Positions 52,365 to 64,000 of a stretch of DNA of 64,000 nucleotides are shown piece by piece; within the stretch, counting starts at the first letter, position 1, and each line of letters opens with the position of its first letter. The DNA is from Lama guanicoe (Eukaryota): NCBI GenBank assembly GCA_013239625.1, contig MU054212.1, forward strand, positions 9,410,898-9,474,897. Reading direction: 5' to 3'. Both the position numbers and the translations under genes were made by a program. The notes below the pieces were generated by a model. That model had not been told where the DNA came from and did not search any database. It saw only the letters and a list, made by a program, of their open reading frames with translations.

Positions 52365-53020
52365 TATTTTTTAAATTGAAGAATGATTGATGTACAATAT
52401 TAAATGTTACAGGTGTACAATATAGTGATTCACAAATTTTTAAAGGTTATACTCCATTAATAGTTGTCATAAAATATTGTCTATATTCCCCATGTTGTAC
52501 AAAGTACCAGGATTGGTAGCTTATTTTGTCCCTGATAGTTTGTCCCTCTTAATCTTCCACCTCCATCTTGCCCCTCCCCCTTCCCTCTCCCACTGGCAAC
52601 CACTAGTTTGTTCTCTGTATCTGTGAGTCTGTTTCTTTTCTGTTATATTCACTAGTTTGTTGTATATTTTTTGGTTCCACCTGTAAGTAATATCTTACAG
52701 TATTTATCTTTCTCTGTCTGACATTTCACTGAGCGTAATGCCCTCCAAGTCCATCCACGCTGTACACCAGAACTATCACATTTTAAATCAACTGTACTTC
52801 AATTAAAAAGCAACCAACCAACCAACCCACCAACCCATTTAAAATATGGGCAGAAGAACTGAACAGACGTTTTTCCAAAAAAGGAAATGCAAATGGCCAA
52901 CAGGAACATGATAAGTTGCTCAACATCACTCAGATTGGAGAAATGCAAATCAAAATTGCAGTGAGGCACCGTCTCACACCTGTCACAGTGACCATCATCA
53001 GAAAGAACACAAATAACAAT
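52365..53020. mobile_element. Composite L1: antisense 3' end (52365-52760) followed by sense L1 fragments
   Basis: First part is the same family as 41140-41597. It is followed by tgtacaccagaac...cttcaattaaaaa and aaatatgggcagaagaactgaacagac...gaaatgcaaatcaaaa. Confidence 0.8.
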
Positions 53021-53400
53021 TTTTATTAATCCCTAATATTCAATTAACAGTTTATTTAATTCCAATAACAATTTATTTTAATCCCTAACACTCATTTTTA
53101 GGACTTAGAAACATTTTAGTTATGCAAGTCTTGTTTCAGCAGACTTTTTATTTCTCCAGGTATTCTGGATCTTAGTTATACTCTGTAGCTTTGTGAGCTT
53201 CATGGGTCTGAGTCTTATTTCCCCAACTCCAAATGTAAGCTTTGTGAGGATAAAGACCGTTTCTTCTCCAAAATTGTTGTGGCAGGACACAAAATAGACC
53301 TTCAGTAAACTATTTAAATTAAACCTCAGTAAAAAAAAAAAAATAAGGAAAAGAAATAAAAACTTTTTACTACCATGAATTACATTTCAACTCATACTGA

Positions 53401-53724
<324 letters not shown>

Positions 53725-56700
53725 TGAGCTCCAGATGATTTCCTGTTAAATATTACAAACTGACATGTGCCTGCAAGGCCACGAGTAGCGCACCTCCCAG
53801 ATCAGTGAACTGCATCAACGCTTCTCTTAGAACACTCATGAGAATCTATCTAATGTGGTGCTCTTTTTCTGTCAAAGCAGCAAACAAAAAGAATTTGTAT
53901 GGTCTGTAAGTATGGTCACACTTGCAAAATAATGCTCCAAGTGAGTAAAGAGGACAAGAAATTGAACATGAATCTTGTGTAGAAAAGTAAACTTCAACAC
54001 CTACAGTTAATCCTCAATTAATTGGAAAGGTGGCGAGGGTGAAGGAGAAGTCATCGTGACTAAATCAAAAACCTCATAAGTCTTAAGCCTATATTGCCTA
54101 GCAGTCTTTTAAGTGCCAGTAAATCTTCCTATTTTATATGTCGTAGATCTTTTAAAAGAAATCAATTATGAATAACTGTGTGAAATGTCGAGTGAATTTA
54201 AGTGCCGTCAAATTTAATTGCATTTCCCAGTTGTTTCTGGAGTGGCTTTTGGCTTATTCTCTCCTGGAATCATTGAATGATGGACTCTAGAGCAGAATGA
54301 ATCACGTCTGAGCTTCACTGGTCAGGGGAGACCAGTGTACAGAAAACAGAGGGCCCCAAAAGATCTCGGGGCCAGCCCCCTTCTGCTGACGCCTCTTTCC
54401 CAGGCATCTGTCTTTCCAGCTCACAACCGTTAATCCTGATTTCCTTCTTATGCTCTTCTTTTTCCACCGGGCTAGCTAGCACTGCCCACCTCTCGTGTTA
54501 ATCATCCAGCTTTTCATAATCGCTCTACCACCCTCACGTTTGTGTATTTGAGAACTGGGCAGTGCTTTGTGAGAAGATCTTGCAGGTGTGCTGCTCTCTG
54601 CCTTTCCTCAGCAGCTGCCAGCTTTGTCGTGTTTTTTGGTTTTAATCGTGATGACTAGAAATCGTTTAGTCCTCTCCCAGATAATTGAGAGATGATAATT
54701 AGTCCAAGCTTCAGATGGGAGACCATCCACTATTTGAAACAAAAGCTAAGGTGCAGAAGTTCTGCAGACCTCTGTTGTTTTAGGACCACTTAGAGCAACT
54801 TTTGCCTTTTGAGACTTTGCTACCAAAAAACAAAAATGAAATGGAGGAGACTTAGTATCCGAGATGGAATCTTCTTTACTTTTTCTGTTAGTAGTCCTTC
54901 AGAGACGGGAAACTCTTACTTTTGACTCCCTCTATTCTTAGTCATTGCATTTTTGGAGATTGGAGAACCAGCGAAAGTTGGTGTGGTGATTACACTGCAA
55001 GCCTCAACATAGTCTTCTCTTAACTTGACAACAAATTGGTGTCCTGTGTCAGCACAAAAATAAAATAGCAAAATGAGAAAAATATAGTGTAATAGCAAAG
55101 GGACAAATAACTTGTGTTACTGGTTAAGCCTGCAGCAACATTAGAAAGCTGCCATTGAAAAGGGAATCACCAGGCCAGCCCCGGCCCTGCTGGAGGTTAA
55201 TCTCTCCCCTGCCCAGCTCCAGAACCCAGGAGTCTAGAAAGGGCTTGTGTCCGAAAAAAAAAAAATCAATTTCTAATTTGAAACAAAATCATTTTTGACT
55301 AACCGTGGTTCGGAACCCATTACTTTTAGCTGTATAGTCTGCTGACTTTTCAGCACTTTCTGTTGTGCACAATGAATCCTAATGGTCAATTTATAATGTT
55401 ACTGTACCAATCAATTTAACCAAGAGAACGCTGTTACAATTCTGCAAAGTTTTCACTCATGGTTTTATTTTTTCATCAGTCTTTTTTTTTCCTTCCCCGA
55501 CTCTTTTTTGAAAGGCGGGGGGAGGGGAGGCATGTTGTAGTGTTGTACTGAAAAAAAAAGACAATTTTTCATCTTTTTTAAGAGTTTTGTTTCAAGGTAT
55601 TCACAGGAATTATTAACTTTTTTTTCTATTCATAAGAAATGCTGTCTTGTAGTTTTCTCTTTTTTATTCTCGTATGGAGCCTTTAGCAAAGTTATGGTAG
55701 ACCTACCTGATCATTGAGGGAGCTAAAGCTGCCCCTTGGAGTCATCCTGCCCATTACAGAGCTGGTGTGCACAGCTTACGGTACAGGGCAAGGTGATTGC
55801 ATTGGCACTTACTGTGGGAGACAGACTTTCCAAAGTGTGCTGCAGCCGCATTGGACACCCTGTTTAGCATAAGGCCAATGACCTGACACTAATTGCCTAA
55901 GTTACACCGCTTGATTTAGCATCTCCTTAATTGCTTTCCCCTCTTTAGCGTGTCTGCATTTTTAAATCTATTATTCTTCTGTTTTATATCCTTTGTTACT
56001 TTTGTTGTCCTTTAATCATTAAGCACTATACAGGACATGTACTGCAGGACCATTAATCTTTATTATCAGTCTCTTACTCCTTTACCTCACCTAGCCTCCT
56101 CACACTGTTCTGTCAACTTTATTAATACTAAACGTAAAAAAAAAAAAAAGACCTGATTCTTGTCTCAAGAAATAACCTTGTGATTGCAAAAATATCAGTA
56201 CAATATTATCAGAATTGTGCTTAAAATATACATTGTTTTGCAATCATTGATACTTGGAATGAGCTACCTTAGTTGCTTTTATTTGAGCTCTGTGGAACAA
56301 AAAGACCTTACTTAGGAAAATCTAAACTTGAGTCAAGAACCGTTAAGCCAAAGGCATAAATCTGGAAACACCCAATCTTCAGTCCTTTTTTCTCCTTCCT
56401 ACATAGCAAGTGTTTTTATTCTCTCCTAGCTTGCCTGGAACCTCCCCTTCCTGAACAATCACTGATTCTCTTATATAAGAGCCCTCAAAGCTGGGGAATT
56501 TTTTTCCTCTTATGCTGATGGGCTAGCAGTCTGTGAGGCCACTGAACGCACATGTTCCAGAACTGAAACGTTAGACCTCGGGGCTCGGCACTGCCTGTTC
56601 ATTCTGAAGTCAGGCTGCAAAGCCACTCCAAAGCCAATACTGCGTGAGAGCTGCCTCCTGTTCATCCCTCTGTCACTGGTCTCTGACTCCCCTTAACACT

Positions 56701-57544
56701 CTGAAAGAGTCTGAGAGAGGCTGAACCTGGTGTCATGTGGATTTGCCTGATGGCATTGACCATGCCCTTCATGTTGTCGTTGGGTTTTTTTTGAGCTTGT
56801 GTAATACACAGCAGCTGTCACTGGTTGAGACTTCGAGGGAGACTCCCAGACACACTGGAAGACGATTATTGTAGAAGTGAGCAACAATCTCTGAGCCGCC
56901 TAATTATTCCTCTAAGTGGCCCTGCGCTTGCAATGATGTGAGTGTTCTTTGTAGCCCAGCGTGGACGAATGTAGACCATGTGATTAAAGACATGAGCAAG
57001 TTGAAGTGTCCAAGTACAGAAACCATTTCCATCTTGCCTCTGAGGACCTTTTATTTATGTTTCTTTTATTATAAGCATCATCGTTATGATTATATGTTTA
57101 ATCGTTAGAAAAGGTACCACAGTATATTACTTCTAGTTCCCAGTAGTCTGAGCTAAAAGAGTTATTAAAAGTTGATACCTTTACCATCAGCACACAGAAG
57201 ACAAGCATAGTACAGAGCTACGGGTAAACCCTAATGTGTAGGTTAATTTGTCCTGCCCAGCACACCCAAGAAAGAAATTCAAATGCAAGAATCTAACATT
57301 CAGAGTGAAGTCGGTGTGTGTCGAATAGTCATTTAAACCAGAGGCCCTACATTTCCTATCCTCTATGATAGAAAGAAGTATCTTAAAATACTGTATAACC
57401 GATTAGTTATTTTTTATATCTTGCATCTTCTCCCACCAGAACATAAGCACTCCATATGTTCAGTGCTGTGTCTCCGTCTCCCAGAACTGGGCTAGACATG
57501 TGATGGGTGCTCATAATGTATTTGTTACATGAATTAACACAATA

Positions 57545-57737
57545 CCGTTGATCCTTGAACAAATCAGGTTTGCGCTGCCTGAGACTGCTTACATGCAGGG
57601 TTTTTTTCAGTAGTAAATACGGCAGTACTACACGGGCCATCACTGATTGAATCCAAGAGTATGGAGGAACCACCTATACGGAGGGCCATGTATAAGTGAT
57701 ACTCGGATTAACCCCCACGTTGTCCAAGGGTCAGCTG
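57545..57737. mobile_element. Tigger2-derived MITE with TIRs and TA target-site duplication
   Basis: TA|ccgttgatccttgaacaa ... ttgtccaagggtcagctg|TA. Confidence 0.8.
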
Positions 57738-58094
57738 TAGATGTATTGATTTTTCTTTCTGTGTCCTTGCCCCATTTTCCCACAACTAGGATCTAATCAA
57801 TTAGATGTCTTGACCTCAGTGCCTGTAATGGTTTAATGATTTAAGAAATGTATACACTGAGGTGTCAGTAGAGTGGGGTCTTAAAAACAGCACTGTTTGA
57901 GAGCCAAGAAAACTGTGGGGGGGGTTTTCATTTTCTTTTATTCTAATTGAGATTTAATTTATATACAGTGAAATTGCACAGGACTTAAGAACATGGTTTG
58001 ATAAACCTTGACAATTGTGTATGCCGACATAATTAAGAAATAGTACATTTCCATTATTCATGAAAACTTCCTCATGTTCCTTTCCAGTCGTTCC

Positions 58095-58374
58095 CCCCGA
58101 GGCCTCTCTCCTCGGTTGGCAGATGGCTGCCTTCTCGCTGTGTCCTCACATGGCCTTTTTGCTGCGAACGTGCATCCTTGGTGTGTCTCCCTTTTCTTAT
58201 AAGGATGAAGAGTCATATTGGATTAGGGGCCACCTCTATGACTTCTTTGAACTTAATTACCTCTTTAAAGTCCCTGCAAATACAGTCACATCCTGAGGTG
58301 TACTGGGGGTGAGGACTTCGACATATGAATTACAGGGCTGGGGGAGGGGGAGAGGCACAGTTCAGTCCATAACA
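58095..58374 (-). mobile_element. MLT1A-like LTR fragment
   Basis: gaggcctctctcctcggttggcagatggctgccttctcgctgtgtcctcacatgg...ggattaggggccacc...acagttcagtccataaca. Confidence 0.75.
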
Positions 58375-58379
58375 ACTAC

Positions 58380-60115
58380 TCTCTTTCCAATCTTTCTATG
58401 CCTTTTATTTCTTTTTCTTATTTTGTTGTATTCTCTAGGACTTCTGTTACAACGTAGAACAAAGTGGTAAGCGTGGACCTCCACACCTTGTTGGCAGTGT
58501 CATGGGGAAGGCAGCCGTCTTTCACCATTAAGTCTGATTTTAGCTGTAGGTTTTTTGTAAAATGCCCTGTATCAGGTTAAGAAAGTTCCCGCCTCATTTA
58601 CTGGGAACCTTTATCACAATGAGTGTTGAATTTCATCACATCTTTTTTCTGCACCTATTGAGATGATCGTGTGTTTCCCTCTTTATTCTGTTAACTTGAT
58701 GAATTACACTGATGGGGCAATATTGGTTCGTAATGTCCTTTTTTTATGTAATGACCTTGTCAGGTTTTGGTATCAGAGTTATGCTAGTGTCATAAATGAG
58801 TCAGGAAGATGTCAGCAAAAATGGCAGAGTAGGGACTTCCAGGGGCTTGTCCCTCCCCAGAAACTCTGAAAAGCCTGGCACGGTCTGCCAGAGCCAACAT
58901 TATCAGAACTCTGAAAGATGGTGAATGATATATAGAAACTAAGCAAATGCTTAACCAGGAAAAAGGCCACTGAAACTTGTTGGGAGAACATTATAGAGTC
59001 TTGGTTTATCGTTGCCCCGCTCCCTCCTGCGCCATGGCAGTCTTGAGGGTGGCAGCCGATTCCAGGTGTGAGTGAGTACCTGGTCCCAGAGGAAGCAGGC
59101 CTTACTCTCAAGGAGTCCTGTTTGTCTGTTTCAAACTGTCTGTGGATTTCCCAAGGGCTGATACTAGAGGACTGCCTTTGTTTTTCCTACCTGTGAACTT
59201 TTTCAGGACAGAGAAGCAGGTACATGTAGGACATCCCTTGAAAATGTTGAAAGCCGAGTGAACACACCACTACCGATTGGGGTGAAAGAGTAACAGTTGA
59301 GACAAATAGTAGATAACCAAAAGCCAACAAAACTAGATAAAACAGACACATTCCTAAAAGCACACAAACTATCAGACTGACTCAAGAAAAATAGAACATC
59401 TGACTAGACCTGTAACAAGTAAAGAGATTAAATCAGTAATGAAAAAAAACTGCCAGCGAAGGCAAGCCCAGGACCAGATGGCTCCACTGGTGAATTCTAC
59501 CAAATATTAAAGAAGAGTTAATGCAAATCTTTCTCAAATTCTTCCCCAAAAATAGAAGAGGAAGGAACATTTTCCCACTCATTTTAAAAGGCCAGCATGT
59601 ATCTGATACCAGAGCCAAAGAAAAGAATGCTACAAACCAAAGTCCCTTGTGAATGTAGATTAAAATGTCCTCAACAAAACAACAGCAAGCCGAATGCAGC
59701 AGCATATTAGTGGGATTATATATGATGACCAAATAGGATTGAGCCCGGGATTCAGCAGTGGTTCAACATGGAAAAATCCATCAGTGCAATATACTATATT
59801 AATAGAAAGAAAAAATATGATCATCTTAACACAGAAAAAGCATTTGACAAAAACAGTAAAAAAGCAGCAGTAGAAGGAAGTTTCCTCAACGTGATGAAGG
59901 GCAGATATGACAAACCCACAGCCAGCATCCTGTTCAGCTGTGAAAGGCTGACAACTTTTCCTCCAAGATCAGGAGCAAGACAAGTATTCCCACTTTGCCA
60001 CTTCTATTCAACATTTTACTGGAAGTTCTAGACAGAGAAATTAGGCAAGAAAAAGAAATAAAACATATCCAAGTTGCACAGGAAGGAGTTAAACTGTATT
60101 AGCAGATGACAGGAC
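58380..60115. mobile_element. L1M mosaic: antisense ORF2 piece (58380-58810), then sense 5'-like and ORF2 reverse-transcriptase-region fragments
   Basis: agcccaggaccagatggctccactggtgaattctaccaaat (SPGPDG..GEFYQ), cagaaaaagcatttgacaaa (EKAFDK) and gcagatgaca (ADD), with multiple frameshifts. Confidence 0.8.
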
Positions 60116-61849
60116 TTTACAGGACAAGCCTGAAATGGCATATATAGCTTCCGCTAGTTTCCTCCCTGACCACACAGAATGACAAGGGAGACTGGGGCAT
60201 ATAATCTAGCCGTGGACCCAGGAAGAAGGGACGAGTGCATTTCGGTGGATAATCAGCAGCATCTCTCACAGCAGCATTCTTCATAGTAGCCCCAAATGAG
60301 AAACACGCCAAATGTCCATCAATTGCCGAGTGGATAAAAAGGCATAAACGCATGCAATGGACTACTAGGTAGCAAGGGAGGCGAACCACAGCTACATAAG
60401 TCGTTAACACAGATCAATCGTGCAGACACAATACTGAGCACATGAAGCCTCAAAAAGAATATATATAGTATAGTTCTGTTTGCATAATGTTCAAAAGCAG
60501 CGAAACTACATCACTTTTTCGCGATGCATACATAAATGGTAAAACTATGAAGAACAGAAAGGGGCTAATTATGAGAACAGTGGCTGGCTCTTGGAGGCGA
60601 GAAGAGATTGTAATTGAGGGTGAGAATCAGTGATGCTTCCAGGTGGCGATGCTGCCAGGACTTCCTTACTCTAGAAAAGGGTTGCACTGATATTTTCTTC
60701 ATCATTTGTTCTTTAAATTAAACTGAATGTTATATAACTCAGCTGTTTTTAAAATGCACGGTAAAACAAAGGGCTCAGAAACAGAGTTTTCTCAAACACT
60801 GAACTCTAAGAAGTTCTCTTATCATGAGCTATTGATTGATGGATGAGCAGAATACACCCAGCTCTATATAAATAGGACATGACCCAATATGTTCAATTCC
60901 ATCCATGTATGCAAAAATATATCTGGGTGTTTATTTATATAAGTATATTCACATTTATTTACATACATAAGCATATGCATTTATATATGAAAGTTATCAG
61001 CCTAACGGATGATATTCTTATAAGTACTTTTATTTTACAAATGTGTATATTGTCTTTATGTGTGTGTGTGAAATATAGACGTGTCATTCTATGAATATGC
61101 ATAACTGTATGTAATTGTTGGTATACCTAATATTAAATCAAATTGTACATGTGGAACAAATATAATTAAAAACTGATACACAGCTTTCTGTAAACTTAAT
61201 AAGGAATAGAACTTAGAGAATTAAGAAAAAGGGATAAATTTGCCCTATGCCTTAGAGCAATCATTCTTAACTTTTTGGGGTCCCAAATCCTGTTAGAATT
61301 TAATGAAAACTATGGCCCCAGGAAAATGAATGAGCATATATATGTACATACATTATTGTGCCTGCAATTATGAGGGATTCACACATTCCTGAAGGACATA
61401 GAAGTCCTTGCACCCTCTGCTAAAATTTTCTTTAAAAAAATTTTCCCATCAAATTATCAATTGTCTTTACTAAGTTTTTAACAGAAATATCAAAACAGAA
61501 AAAAAAAAAAGTAAGACTGATGTTCAGGTGTTCCGTGATAGTGACGTAAGAGAGATTTTTTTCTGTTTTATCACTACCGGGCATACCATCTTCCCTCTCC
61601 TATTACCTACTTAACTTTCCCCTTCCGCCACCCAGGATCCCACCCCGACGGTTGTATGGTAGGGCCTGCTTTACCTGCCTCCGGTCTGCCTGTTCCACTC
61701 CCTTCTACCTTCTGGCGTAAGAAGAATCTCTCCAAAGACCAGTTAGGTTTTTTTTTTCATTGTTGTTACTGCTTTGTTTTATGTTTGAGACCAACTCACA
61801 CAACGTTTAAGAGTTTGCAATGCAGAGTCAAAGAGACCTTGACTGCATT

Positions 61850-62410
61850 TAAAGCCCAGCCTTGTTCCAACCAGCCCCAAGTGATATTGGACGTGCTGCT
61901 CGACCTTTTCAGTTTCCACTTGCTTGTCTGTAAAATGAGGACAGTAATATAATTTATGGACTGCCGTAAGGATTAACAAGATAAGGCGGGTAAAGTGATT
62001 TAAAGTGATTAGCAAGGTACAAGGACATGAGATACTCAATAAACATTTCCTGAATACATTAAATATTTAGCCTGGAGGTTTTTATAATTTAAGACTTTTA
62101 CTAATTCCATGCTCCTTATTCTTTTTTTCAAAATTCCACCTCCTGCATCAGATCTTCCTGAATCCTATAGCCAGATGTGATCTCTCCCACTTCTTAATTC
62201 CTCAGACCTTTCATATTATTTTTTACAGCAGTAATAACATCAGTGGTGAAAAACTCTGGGGTCAGATTGGCTGGATGTGAATGTGGGTCACTTACTAGTT
62301 TTGTGACCTTGGGCAGGTCTTGTAAGTCCCCTATGGCTTATTTTCCTGATTTGTAAATTAGATATTAAAAAATAGTGTCTATCACAAAGTGTTTTTATGA
62401 GGACACATAT
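61850..62410 (+). mobile_element. Two MIR SINE fragments
   Basis: cagtttccacttgcttgtctgtaaaatgagg...ggtaaagtg and cacttactagttttgtgaccttgggcagg...ttcctgatttgtaaa. Confidence 0.6.
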
Positions 62411-63700
62411 AACTAATTTCTAGAAATGACGCAACTATATAGAGAAAGCTGGAGGGGCATAGGAGCAGAGGAGACCGGGAGAAGGGACTGACTACAGATG
62501 GGCACGAGGGAACTCTCTGGAGTGATGAGATATTCTAAGACTGGACTGCAAAGATAAATAAGTAAATGCCATGACAAAAATGTTAAAAACTGGGTTGTGG
62601 CCACGCTTTCATAGCTGTATAAATTAACTGCTATTTATCAAACTGTACACTTAAGAGGAACAAATTTTACGGTATTCAAATTATACCCCAATGAAGCTGT
62701 TTTTAAAAATAAAAAGAATATGTAGTCTATGGGAAAGACTCAGGGCAGTACCAGGCACATACGAAGCATCGCTGTGTCCGTTAGCTGTTCCTATGACCTT
62801 ATCCTGCCTTACGTTATGTATGATGCTTTACCAGGCTGTTCAGAGAGCATCGCAATGCCTATGCTCACAGCTCTCTCCCCGTCTCCATAAACTAAGCCTG
62901 AGCTTAATCCCGGCATCAGCCCTTGTGCATCATTAGGTCCTCGGTAAACATTTCCTGGATGCGTTGTGTGAGCCGATGGATTTTGTGTCTAGTACGAAAA
63001 AGTACTGGTTTGGGTTGAGAGTCCTGCAGGGTTGTGTATAAGAAGTCTGAACTATGCATTTATATAACTGGTCTTTTACATCTTACATAATAGAGACCAG
63101 TCAGTGTTGAGTATGGCTTTTGAATTCCAAGGATTTGGTGATCGTTCTGGTGCTAATCTCTGCAGATGTAAGACTCCACCGTGTGGTATTCCCAACATGC
63201 CAAAGCTGTCTTCATGTTATTTGAACATTCACCCTTTCCTCAAAGAATTGAGCAACTCTTCCCAAATAACTTCTTTCAACACCCTGGGCAACAGTTTCTT
63301 AGGAACCAGGAAAAAAACTGTGAATGAGAGTCCACAAGAAAGGCAGGGATGTTAGGAACAGAGGTCACCCCTATAGAGGCTCATCTAACCAGTGAGGCAC
63401 TTGTTTTAGCCCAATGTAGAATTCTTTAAAAGCAACATTCAAGATTCACATCTACCTGAAAGTTCTGGGGGTAGGGTAGGAAAACCCAGATCAGCGGGAC
63501 TTTGATAGGCCGTCAAGTTTAAGAACAAAATCTCTAGTTAGTCTGTTATTGCACAAATGCACTTTTTTAAAACATGATGTTTGTGGATCACTGATGTTTA
63601 CAAAACCAAAACAACCCACTGAGACTTCCATTTGCCGTTGTTTCATTTCAGGTGGGGAAATGGCTTCCTTCTAAAGCTTGGGGATGCCTATAATCTCTAA

Positions 63701-63883
<183 letters not shown>

Positions 63884-64000
63884 TAAGTTGTCAAGGATTT
63901 TTTGCTTTAACGTTCCAGAAAAGAGCGGGGTTTGTTTGTTTGTTTGTTTTTTTGAGTTATTTAATAAGAAGTGAAAAATCTTGACAATTCTTGATGGCTC

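Noticed and set aside
59433..60031. ORFs with reverse-transcriptase-like words (EKAFDK, YDKPTA)
   Set aside because: Frameshifted L1 ORF2 fossil, not an intact or novel RT.

Overview
AT-rich mammalian genomic DNA, probably camelid, judged from the L1 3'-end style sequence at 4853-4914 (inference). The window lies inside the + strand of the KIAA1328 (hinderin) gene. It holds four coding exons that splice in frame: 26036-26709, a 108-nt frame-preserving exon at 28606-28713, 53472-53653 and 63774-63882. The rest is intronic and mostly old transposon fossils (L1, L2, MIR, MLT LTRs, Tigger and hAT DNA elements). Nearly all other ORFs in the six-frame track are spurious. Three structures stand out. 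(1) A near-perfect 5.09-kb head-to-tail tandem duplication (4630-9722 / 9724-14816). (2) A 62-bp inverted repeat in apparently unique sequence (15804-15865 / 16435-16496), whose only imperfections on the pre-mRNA strand are two G-U wobbles and one A-C mismatch in a UAG context, an ideal ADAR-type site. (3) A fold-back pair of L1 fragments just upstream of the 108-nt exon. I found no support for a new protein-coding system. Repeat family names come from recalled consensus sequences and their boundaries are approximate.
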